64,000 nucleotides of DNA, taken from a candidate division FCPU426 bacterium (GTDB lineage Bacteria; Oederibacteriota; Muellerivitia; Muellerivitales; Muellerivitaceae). Shown in pieces: positions 27,485 through 35,876 of the stretch (position 1 is the stretch's first letter; each line of letters begins with the position of its first letter). A program made the translations under genes and the position numbers. The notes under the pieces were generated by a model that was not told the origin of the DNA, made no database searches, and saw nothing but the letters and a program-made list of their open reading frames with translations. The stretch spans positions 32,001 through 96,000 of the forward strand of contig CAWCKJ010000010.1 of NCBI GenBank assembly GCA_963796105.1. The letters are read 5' to 3'.

Positions 27485-27858
27485 ATTCACTCGAATATTT
27501 GCTGGATTCGGTCATATTGATTGATCACCTCAAGTCTATTCGGGAAGCGGGTTTGTTTTTGGACCAGAACGAGTGGAAATGCGCCATCTCAGTAGTGACG
27601 CGGGCTGAGGTTTTGGTAGGAGTTCAAGATGAGGCGTTCCAAAAAGTCGGACAATTCTTGGAAAAGTTTCCAGTCTTGAATATTGATGCCGCTGTCGCGG
27701 ATAGGGCGGCTCGGTTGCGACGCCAATATGGTTGGAAACTTTTAGACTCATTCCAGGCCGCGATCGCTCAAATCCATTCGTTATCGTTGGTGACGCGAAA
27801 CACGAAGGATTTCTCGCCGGTACACCACACATTCGTTACGGTCCCTTACAAGCTTTAA
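27481..27858 (+). CDS. vapC: PIN domain toxin
   Basis: LLDSVILID, AEVLVG, LLDSFQAA, LVTRNTKDF. Confidence 0.9.
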   Translation: MNSLEYLLDSVILIDHLKSIREAGLFLDQNEWKCAISVVTRAEVLVGVQDEAFQKVGQFLEKFPVLNIDAAVADRAARLRRQYGWKLLDSFQAAIAQIHSLSLVTRNTKDFSPVHHTFVTVPYKL

Positions 27859-27981
27859 CGAATTGTAAATAAACTTCTCTCGCCCCATGCCAACCCAATT
27901 AACCGTTCCAAAGAAGGTCGGTATGCATTGGATTCCTGGGATGCAGGGGATTTAATAAATCCGAATTCTAAATTCTTAATT

Positions 27982-29190
27982 TTAAATTTTAAATTGTTGA
28001 AGGGCTTCCTTGAAGACTTTGCCCAAACGGCTGATGCCTTCCCGGATCTTGCCCTTATCCACCGCGCAATAGGTCAGGCGTAGGGTGTTCAAACCCTGGC
28101 CCTCTTTCGTGTAAAAGGCGGTGCCCACCACATAAGCTACCTTGGCCGCTAAGGCTTTCTCGAAGAGGGTGACGGCGTTAAGCCCTTCCGGCAATTCGGC
28201 CCAGAGGAAGAACCCACCCAAGGGATGGTTGTGCCGGATTTGCGGGGGGAAAAATTCCTTGATGGCGGACATCATGGCGTCCCTCCGGCCCTGGTAGGTG
28301 CTGATGAGTTTCGCCAGGTGGTCCTTCAGGTGGCCGCCTCGGAAGAAGTCCGCGGCTATGACTTGGGACAGAACGTCGGTGCAAACGTCTGCTGTTTCCT
28401 TGGCCATGGTCATGCGGGCCACGAGGGCGGGATCGGCGCAGACCCAGCCCAGCCTCATGCCGGGGGAGGCGATCTTGCTGAAACTGCCCAGGTAGATGAC
28501 ACGCCCGTCGGTGTCGAAGGCCTTAAGGGGCTTGATGGGTTTGCCCGTGAAATTCAACTCGCCGTAGGGGTTGTCCTCGACGATCAAAACATCATGCTTG
28601 CGGGCGACCTCCAAGAGCTGGGCTCTTTGGGCCTCGGGAAGGGTGGACCCGGCAGGGTTCTGGAAAGTGGGGATCGTGTAGATCAACTTGGGTTTGGGGG
28701 AGGCTTTCGAGAGGATCTCATCCAGCCGCTGGATATCCATTCCCGTTTCGCCGCAGGGAACCGGCATGAACTCAACCGAGAAGTTGCGGAAGCAAAGAAG
28801 GCCCCCTAGGTAGCTGGGCTCTTCCACCGCCACGGCATCGCCGTGATTCAGCAGGGTGAGACCGGATAAGAAAAGCCCCTGCTGGCTTCCGGTCGTGATC
28901 AAAATGTTATCAACGGTGCACTGAATGCCTTGGCCTTTCAGGTAATCGGCCACCGCTTCCCTCATGGGTTTCCAGCCGATCGTCTCGCCGTATTGAAGTG
29001 AAAATTTGCCCTGCTCCCGGATGACCTTGGAGGCGATATCGGCCAGGAGATCCTTGGGGAACAGTTCCGCGTCGGGGGTGCCGCCCGCGAAGGAAATGAT
29101 GTCGGATTGTTGGACCAATTTGAGAAGCGCGCGGATGACGGAGGGCTTCATCGAGTTGGAAACGTTGGAAAAACGGTGGTCGTAATCCAT
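27982..29190 (-). CDS. PLP-dependent aminotransferase class I (LysN/Aro8-like)
   Basis: ISFAGG, TTGSQQGL, PTFQNP, IVEDNPY, SFSKIASPGMRLGW; start at MDYDH after GGAG. Confidence 0.9.
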   Translation of the reverse strand: MDYDHRFSNVSNSMKPSVIRALLKLVQQSDIISFAGGTPDAELFPKDLLADIASKVIREQGKFSLQYGETIGWKPMREAVADYLKGQGIQCTVDNILITTGSQQGLFLSGLTLLNHGDAVAVEEPSYLGGLLCFRNFSVEFMPVPCGETGMDIQRLDEILSKASPKPKLIYTIPTFQNPAGSTLPEAQRAQLLEVARKHDVLIVEDNPYGELNFTGKPIKPLKAFDTDGRVIYLGSFSKIASPGMRLGWVCADPALVARMTMAKETADVCTDVLSQVIAADFFRGGHLKDHLAKLISTYQGRRDAMMSAIKEFFPPQIRHNHPLGGFFLWAELPEGLNAVTLFEKALAAKVAYVVGTAFYTKEGQGLNTLRLTYCAVDKGKIREGISRLGKVFKEALQQFKI

Positions 29191-29295
29191 AGCTGGCTCC
29201 ATGGGGAATTTCCGGGTTGGGTCAAAACCGGTCTTCCAAGATACCGGCAACGTCATGAGACATCAAGCGTGGAGGAATAAGCAAACTTCAAGTAT

Positions 29296-29590
29296 TCACC
29301 TCAGAGACGCAGAGACTCAGCAAAAAAGAACGTATTTCACAACAATCTGAAATAATACTTAGCCACGGATAAGTGGGATTCATTGGATAAAAAAAACATC
29401 TCAACTTTGGCAAATTCCGAAAAGCATGTTCCTAGTGATGATGATTCCCCTCCTTGAAAAAGGGCAGTTCGGTTTGTGGGTAACATAGGGGTTTTTCCCT
29501 ATGAGCGCCTTTGGGGAGGTGGGTATTAGCCGTTGTAAGGACGTTACGGAAAAACTAACTTCCCCTAATCCCCTTCTTTCAGAGGGGGAA
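29296..29590. repeat. Intergenic REP-like mosaic sharing units with 25530-25970 and 33791-33820
   Basis: CTAACTTCCCCT..CCCC...TTTCAGAGGGGGAA at ~29555-29590 matches ~25736-25771; GCCACGGATAAGTGGGATTCAT at ~29362-29383. Confidence 0.7.
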
Positions 29591-29676
29591 ACGCGAGTTG
29601 ACCCGCGATTTGTCAAAGTGGGGTATTAAATCAATTTTCTTGGCTGGGTCTTTGGGTCCCTGTGGTTAAATTTGGT

Positions 29677-31083
29677 TTATAAGCTTTGAAATATTTTGTC
29701 GGCGGCGGTTTCGCCCGCGGCGATGGCGTCCGGGATGCCGATGCCCTTCAGGCCGTTTCCGGCGATATATAGCCCCTTGGTCTCATCGGCTTTGTGTGTG
29801 AGGCGTTCCACCAGATCCGCGTGGCCTGGACGGTAATAGGACATGGAGGAACTATATTGCGCCAGGTGGTGGACCATCGGCCTGTTGCGAAGTTTCAAGA
29901 GAGGCGAGAGCTCGATCAATACATCCTCCAGAAGGGCTTCCTCCCCCTCCTTTTGAGCCACAGCGACCGCGTCATCCCCGAGGAAAGCCCGTAACAACAC
30001 TGTTCCTTCGGGGGCCCGGCCTGGAAATTTTTGGCTTGCGAAAGAGCAACCCACGATCATTCTTTTTTCCTTGGAAGGGACAACGAAGCCAAATCCATTT
30101 AAGGGGTGCCCCACATCCTGACGCCGGAAACCGAGGTTCAGGGTCGCGGAGTCGTGCGCTGGTATTTTTTCCAACAGGCCATCCCAATCAGGGTCCAGGT
30201 CTTTCAAGAGAGGCCGCATTTTGGACGGCTGAATGGCCAATACTACCTTATCCACTTCCCGTGTATGGCCTTGGGAGGTAATCTGCCAGGTGCCGTGACC
30301 GCTGGGGATAAGGGACTCCGCCGGGTGCCTCATCCAAAGGCACTCAGGGGGAATCTTGGAAGCCATTTTCTCCGCGAAGGACTGCATGCCTTCCTTGAAT
30401 GAAACAAAGAGGGAATAACGGGCCCCTGAGACGCGCGGCTGGGAATGCAGACGCTTGGCCGCCATGGCCTTCAACAAGGAACCGTACTTGATTTCCATTT
30501 CCTTGAAACGGGGAGCGCAGGTATCCAAACTCAAATCAAAGGGGTCGGCGTTATAAACCCCGCCCATGAGGGGCTGGGCCAGGTAGTCGAATACTTCCTT
30601 GCCCAGGCGCCGGGTGACGAAATCCCCGATACTTTCATCCCCAGGTTCCTTGCGAACAGGAACGAAGGTCTCGAGGCACGCCCTGAGTTTTCCCCGGATG
30701 GAAAGCAAAGGCGTGGTCATGAGGGGAGTGAGACGGGAGGGAGCCATCAGGTAGAAGCCCTCGGGGATCGGGTGGATCTTTTCCCCCTTGAGGATGAAGG
30801 ATTGCTTGATATCCGGGTTGGTCCCTACAAGCTGGTCATCCATGCCCATTCGCTTGACCATGGCCATCCCAGCCGGTTTCTCGGTAATGAAGCAATCGGG
30901 GCCTTCCTCCATGAGGAACCCGTTTTTACGGGCTGTCCCCAGGGTGCCCCCGGGTTTACCCGCGCCATCCAGGATGTTCAAATCCAGATGGAGGTCCTTG
31001 CCTTGTGAAAGTTCCAAAAGGCGGAGCGCCGCGGCTAAACCGCTGACTCCCGCCCCGATGATTGCGACTCGTAAAGAGTTCAA
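29677..31083 (-). CDS. hemY: HemY/HemG-type proto-/coproporphyrinogen oxidase
   Basis: IIGAGVSGL FAD motif, EEGPD, FVTRRLG, GFGFVVP, GIGIPDAI; start at TTG 31083 because the track ORF extends into the IS4 element. Confidence 0.85.
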   Translation of the reverse strand: MNSLRVAIIGAGVSGLAAALRLLELSQGKDLHLDLNILDGAGKPGGTLGTARKNGFLMEEGPDCFITEKPAGMAMVKRMGMDDQLVGTNPDIKQSFILKGEKIHPIPEGFYLMAPSRLTPLMTTPLLSIRGKLRACLETFVPVRKEPGDESIGDFVTRRLGKEVFDYLAQPLMGGVYNADPFDLSLDTCAPRFKEMEIKYGSLLKAMAAKRLHSQPRVSGARYSLFVSFKEGMQSFAEKMASKIPPECLWMRHPAESLIPSGHGTWQITSQGHTREVDKVVLAIQPSKMRPLLKDLDPDWDGLLEKIPAHDSATLNLGFRRQDVGHPLNGFGFVVPSKEKRMIVGCSFASQKFPGRAPEGTVLLRAFLGDDAVAVAQKEGEEALLEDVLIELSPLLKLRNRPMVHHLAQYSSSMSYYRPGHADLVERLTHKADETKGLYIAGNGLKGIGIPDAIAAGETAADKIFQSL

Positions 31084-31101
31084 TGTGTTTATGTTTCCTT
31101 T

Positions 31102-32513
31102 CACTCTTGTCCTAAATAAAGGCCTAAAAAAAGACGCCTCCGATTGAAGTAGAATTGGGTTTGATGACAGCCCAAAGCAACGGTTACCAGCCGTCGCTAC
31201 TTCAAACATACGGAGGCGCTTTTTTATGGTACCACCAACCAGTCTATTTGCCCAAGTGTTGAAACTCGTAGACCGAACCGCTTTTGAGCGAATCGTGCGA
31301 GAGATTGAAGCCGAAAAGCACTCCAAGGGATTCAGTTGCTGGGATCAGTTTGTTTCCATGCTTTTCTGCCAGATGGGAGCAGCCCATTCCTTGAGGGAAA
31401 TCTGTGGCGGCCTCAGTACGGCCCTTGGGAAATTGACCCACTTGGGTCTTTGCAAAGCTCCCACTAAATCCACCTTGGCCTATGCCAACACCAAGCGTTC
31501 TTGGCGGGTTCAACAAAAGCTTTTTTACCATTTATTATCGAAGTGCCAGTTGTTGGCGGCCACCTCAAAAAGAAAATTCAGGTTTAAAAATCCTCTTTAT
31601 AGCCTGGATTCCAGCACCATCGACCTTTGTTTGTCAGTGTTCGACTGGGCGAAATTCCGTAGAACCAAAGGGGCCATCAAACTCCATCTTCTGCTGGACC
31701 ATCAGGGGTACTTGCCCTGCTGGGGACTCGTAACGGAGGGAGGCACGCATGACGTGAAGGTGGCCCAAAAGCTCGATTTTCCAGTGGATTCAATCGTGGT
31801 GATGGATCGGGGGTATGTGGATTTCTTTCTTCTGGCCCGATGGACATTCCAAGGCGTGTGGTGGGTGACCCGGGCCAAGATCAACATGGCCTACGAGGTG
31901 GTGAAAAGCCTGACGGTTCCGAAAACGGGCAACGTCCTGAAGGACCAGGTGATACGGTTGACGACGTTTCGGTCACATGAAGCCTACCCTAAAGAGATGC
32001 GACGGGTGGTGGTATGGGACGAAGACCAGAAGCGGGAGTTGGTGTTCCTGACCAACCACATGGGTTTTGCCGCCTCGACGGTGGGTGCCATTTACAAGGA
32101 ACGTTGGCAGATCGAGTTGTTTTTCAAGGCTCTCAAGCAGAACCTCCGGGTAAAAACTTTTGTGGGTACCACTGAGAATGCCGTTCAGACGCAGATTTGG
32201 ACAGCATTGATTGCCATGCTACTGTTGAAGTTCCTTCAATTGAAGAGCCGGATCGCCTGGAGTTTATCCCACTTGGCTGCCATGCTACGGATGAACCTGT
32301 TGACCTATCGTGATTTGTGGGCCTGGTTGGATGCACCGTTCCTAGTGGCGAGACTGGAACCCTTGGAAAAGCAGATGGAATTAATACATTCTTAATTTGG
32401 ACAGCATCAGGACGAAAGAGGGGGGCTTATCCCAGAAAATTCACGAGCCTGTCCTAAATCGCTTGTTTTCCTGGGAGGTTCAAAGACAAATAGGTTTATC
32501 TAGGACAGCAGTG
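31102..32513 (+). mobile_element. IS4-family insertion sequence (1412 bp)
   Basis: IRs CACTCTTGTCCTAAATAAA / TTTATCTAGGACAGCAGTG (16/19 match); 9-bp target duplication GTTTCCTTT at 31093-31101 and 32514-32522. Confidence 0.92.
31226..32395 (+). CDS. IS4 family transposase
   Basis: LDSSTIDL, KLHLLLD, VMDRGY, YKERWQIELFFKALKQ (YREK motif). Confidence 0.95.
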   Translation: MVPPTSLFAQVLKLVDRTAFERIVREIEAEKHSKGFSCWDQFVSMLFCQMGAAHSLREICGGLSTALGKLTHLGLCKAPTKSTLAYANTKRSWRVQQKLFYHLLSKCQLLAATSKRKFRFKNPLYSLDSSTIDLCLSVFDWAKFRRTKGAIKLHLLLDHQGYLPCWGLVTEGGTHDVKVAQKLDFPVDSIVVMDRGYVDFFLLARWTFQGVWWVTRAKINMAYEVVKSLTVPKTGNVLKDQVIRLTTFRSHEAYPKEMRRVVVWDEDQKRELVFLTNHMGFAASTVGAIYKERWQIELFFKALKQNLRVKTFVGTTENAVQTQIWTALIAMLLLKFLQLKSRIAWSLSHLAAMLRMNLLTYRDLWAWLDAPFLVARLEPLEKQMELIHS

Positions 32514-32524
32514 GTTTCCTTTAA

Positions 32525-33505
32525 TTAAAACTTCAAATCCGAGGCTTCCTCCACGAGGGAAACCAGCATTCCAATGAAAGAAGGGCGGGTGCCAACTGTT
32601 TCCGCCCGGACCATATTGATCCCGACTTTTTTGGCGCGGGAATAAGCCAGGATGTCGATGTCATAAAGCACCTCGGCGTGATTCACTAAAAAGCCGATGG
32701 GAGCCACTACGCAAGCCTCCAACCCTTCCTTGGAGCGGCGCTCCAAGAAATCCCCCAGGTCCGGTTCCAACCAGCGGTCCTCCGGACGTCCGGAGCGGCT
32801 GGTATAAGCCAAGTGGAAATAGGGCCATCCCAATTTTTCCTTCACAAGGCGGGCGGTTTCCTCGAATTGGGCCACGTATGAGGATTGGTTGGCGACCGCG
32901 CTGGGAATGCTGTGGGTGGAGAAGATCAACTCGGCCTTGGCGGCTTTTTTTTCCCTTGGAAGCAGTTTTGATATGGCGATTTTGATTTCCTGCTCTATGG
33001 CGCGAATAAAACCTGGACGGTTGTGCCATTCGGGGGCATAAACCACCTCGGGAACGGATTGGCCCGCGGCTTTAAGCGCGTCCTTCGCCTCGTCCACTTT
33101 CAGGATGTATTTTGTGAATGACACCTGGCTTCTAAAGGGAGCCATGATGATGGCGAATATATTTTTTTTACCTTCTCGGGAAAGACTTTCCAGGGTTTTG
33201 GAGATCGTAGGGGAAGAATGGGCAAAGCCCACGGTGACAGGGATATCCATTCCCCGCGCCTTCAAGAGTTTTTGGAGGCAGGCGGCTTGGAATTGGGTGA
33301 GTTGGCTGTAAGGGGAGAAACCTCCGATTTGTTTGTATTGCTCGACGACTTTTTCCAGTCTCTCGTGGGGAATGTTGCGCCCTCGCGTGACATCCTCCAG
33401 GAAGGGAAGGACATCCTCGGGTTTTTCGGGACCGCCGAAGCCGATCAGCAGAACGGAGTCAAATTTAATTTGGGTCAAGTTCATTTCCTGTAAAAGATAA
33501 AACAT
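32525..33505 (-). CDS. hemH: Ferrochelatase
   Basis: LLIGFGGPE, FSTHSIP, SRSG...WLEPD, PIGF...HAEVLYDID. Confidence 0.9.
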   Translation of the reverse strand: MFYLLQEMNLTQIKFDSVLLIGFGGPEKPEDVLPFLEDVTRGRNIPHERLEKVVEQYKQIGGFSPYSQLTQFQAACLQKLLKARGMDIPVTVGFAHSSPTISKTLESLSREGKKNIFAIIMAPFRSQVSFTKYILKVDEAKDALKAAGQSVPEVVYAPEWHNRPGFIRAIEQEIKIAISKLLPREKKAAKAELIFSTHSIPSAVANQSSYVAQFEETARLVKEKLGWPYFHLAYTSRSGRPEDRWLEPDLGDFLERRSKEGLEACVVAPIGFLVNHAEVLYDIDILAYSRAKKVGINMVRAETVGTRPSFIGMLVSLVEEASDLKF

Positions 33506-33518
33506 ATTTTAGCTGGAG

Positions 33519-33747
33519 GATGTATTTGTCATTGCGAGGAACGAACTTTGTGAGGAAGCAACCACAGTTCATTGGTGGTTTTTGTTTTAAACGGTCAGAC
33601 AAATCAACCTTGCCGGCATATTAACAACCATTAACTGAGGTTGTGCTGGGACCTTTGGCCCTAGCATGGTTGGCTGGAAGCCAACCACTTCAAGTCTGTC
33701 GCTAAAACCAATGAAAGACGCTCCTCGCAATGACACCTAAATACATC
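33519..33747. repeat. MITE/REP-like structured element
   Basis: Terminal IR TGTCATTGCGAGGA (33527-33540) / TCCTCGCAATGACA (33722-33735), outer GATGTATTT/AAATACATC, and internal hairpins. Confidence 0.75.
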
Positions 33748-33841
33748 TTAACTTTTTGTCTAGGGTATTAACTATATAATTACCTTTTTAAATCCCATGA
33801 ATCCCGTGTATCCGTGGCAAAATTTATTCCGTGATTCGTTT

Positions 33842-35758
33842 TTAAAGCTTAAAAGTTTTAACCGTATCGATCAAGGCGCGGACATTTTCCATGGGTGTCT
33901 CAGGCAGGATGCCGTGTCCCAGGTTGAAAATGTGTCCTGGCCTGCCGTTGACTTTCCTGAGTATTTTCTCGGCTTCTTTACGCACATTAAGAGGATCGGT
34001 TAAAAGAACTTCGGGGTCCAGATTACCCTGGATCGCCACCTCGCCCAATTGCTTCCAGGCCTTGGCCAAATCCACATGGCAATCCACGCCGATCACTGTG
34101 GCGCCGGTTTTAAGGATATCTGGGTAGAAGGGTTCGGTATGAATTCCGAAATAAATAATGGGCACACCAGGCTTCAATCCGCTGATGAGGATTTGAAGGA
34201 AGGGAAGGACCAGGCGTTTGTATTCATCGGGGGTCAGGATGCCCACCCAGGAGTCGAACAATTGGAGGGCTTGGGCACCCGCATCCACCTGGGCGTTCAG
34301 GTAGGAAACAGTGGCCTTGACGATCCGGATCATGAAATCATCCCAGGCCGATATGCCCTCGCTTAAAAGAGTTCGGGTCTGCGCGAAATCCTTGGAGGCC
34401 CCGCCTTCCAGCAAATAGGAGGCCACCGTGAAGGGGGCGCCGGCGAAGCCGATCAAGGGAATGTCGGGTTTTAAGCGGGACCGGATGATCCTCACGGCTT
34501 CCATGACATATCCCAAATCCTTCTTCGCGTTGACTTCCCGGAGGCGCTTGAGGTCGGAGGAGCCCCTGAAGGGATTGCGGATGACAGGCCCCCCTTTCTC
34601 GGCGAACTCCAATTGGAAACCTAGGGGCTCGGTGATCAATAGAATATCGGCGAAAAGAATGGCGGCGTCCACGCCGAGGACTTCCTGGGCTGAAACCGTG
34701 GCTTCCGCGGCGAGCTCCGGCGTTTTGCAAAGCTCCAGGAAAGAGACTTTGGATCGTATTTTCTGGTATTCGGGAAGGTAGCGGCCAGCCTGTCGCATGA
34801 TCCAAATGGGGGGGCGGTAGGCCGGCTCCCGGCGGCAGGCTTTCATGAAAAGATTATCCGGAATTCGGAAAGGTTTCTTGGGGGCGGCTGACACTTCCAA
34901 AGTCATGTGGCTCTTGAACTCGTGCAGTTCCTGGCCCCTTCGAGCGGCTTCCCTCACGAGAGACGCCATGTTGTGCTGGTCCGGCTCGAAATCGACCGTG
35001 AATCCGTGGCCCTGGAGGGTTTCCGTGACGGAAGTGCCCACGGACCCGACCACCACGCGGGGGAAAGCCGCCATCAGGGATTCCAGGCGGCCTAGATTCT
35101 CCGCGAGTTGAACCAGGTTGTGGACCTGATACCCGCTGGTAAAGAGGGTGATCGCGACTTTGCCCTTGATGATGGATTCGATCAACTGGACCAGGGGTTT
35201 GGTGTTGTCGGGCAGGGCCCAGAGCTGGATGGGAACACTTTCCACTTCTTTCGCGCCCAATGCGCGGAGATTCCTCAACAAGTCCAAATTGGAAAAACCG
35301 AATTCCTGGACCGCCACCCTTTTGTCTTTCACGTCCGCGAGCGCGGAGGGAATTTCCCTCCAGTTTTTCAGCTCTGGAATTTTGATGGAAGCCTTTAATC
35401 CGTATTCAGCCAAAACCTTGGGGAGGTGGGGGTCGCAGGACACCAGGACACAGCGTTTGAGGGCCTTGGTGATATGACTCTGGGGAAACTGGGCCTCCAA
35501 GGCCTGGAAAAAAGCGCGTGTGCCGGTTTCGGAAACGAGAACCAGGATGTCAATGAGCCCTTCCCGGAGACGCTCAAAGAAGACGTATGCTTCCTTGTTT
35601 TCCTCCGGATGCATTTCCCTCATGGCGGGGGCAATCAAGGGTTTGCCGCCGTGATGGAGGATCAAATCCTCCATTTCCTTGGCCATGAGGCTCTCGAAAG
35701 CCGCCACTGTCAAGTTCCTAAAATTGTGCTTTTCTTTGGATTGGGACGGTCGCGTCAT
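33842..35758 (-). CDS. hemE: Fusion of a HemD-like domain and uroporphyrinogen decarboxylase HemE
   Basis: C-terminal half PIWIMRQAGRYLPEY, AAILFADIL, FNLGHGILP; N-terminal half HemD-like (VAAFES, VAVQEFG, LFTSG); start at MTRPS. Confidence 0.85.
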   Translation of the reverse strand: MTRPSQSKEKHNFRNLTVAAFESLMAKEMEDLILHHGGKPLIAPAMREMHPEENKEAYVFFERLREGLIDILVLVSETGTRAFFQALEAQFPQSHITKALKRCVLVSCDPHLPKVLAEYGLKASIKIPELKNWREIPSALADVKDKRVAVQEFGFSNLDLLRNLRALGAKEVESVPIQLWALPDNTKPLVQLIESIIKGKVAITLFTSGYQVHNLVQLAENLGRLESLMAAFPRVVVGSVGTSVTETLQGHGFTVDFEPDQHNMASLVREAARRGQELHEFKSHMTLEVSAAPKKPFRIPDNLFMKACRREPAYRPPIWIMRQAGRYLPEYQKIRSKVSFLELCKTPELAAEATVSAQEVLGVDAAILFADILLITEPLGFQLEFAEKGGPVIRNPFRGSSDLKRLREVNAKKDLGYVMEAVRIIRSRLKPDIPLIGFAGAPFTVASYLLEGGASKDFAQTRTLLSEGISAWDDFMIRIVKATVSYLNAQVDAGAQALQLFDSWVGILTPDEYKRLVLPFLQILISGLKPGVPIIYFGIHTEPFYPDILKTGATVIGVDCHVDLAKAWKQLGEVAIQGNLDPEVLLTDPLNVRKEAEKILRKVNGRPGHIFNLGHGILPETPMENVRALIDTVKTFKL

Positions 35759-35876
35759 GAAATGCAGTATAAAAGTGAAAAAAATGAAAATCCACATAAG
35801 CTTAGTGCGGGTATAATAGAAACAGGCTTGGTCATACGGGTCAAAGTCGTCATTTTTACAAACCAGCCGTATAGAG

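Noticed and set aside
31084..31326. N-terminal extension of HemY in the ORF track
   Set aside because: Lies almost entirely within the IS4 element and antisense to its transposase.
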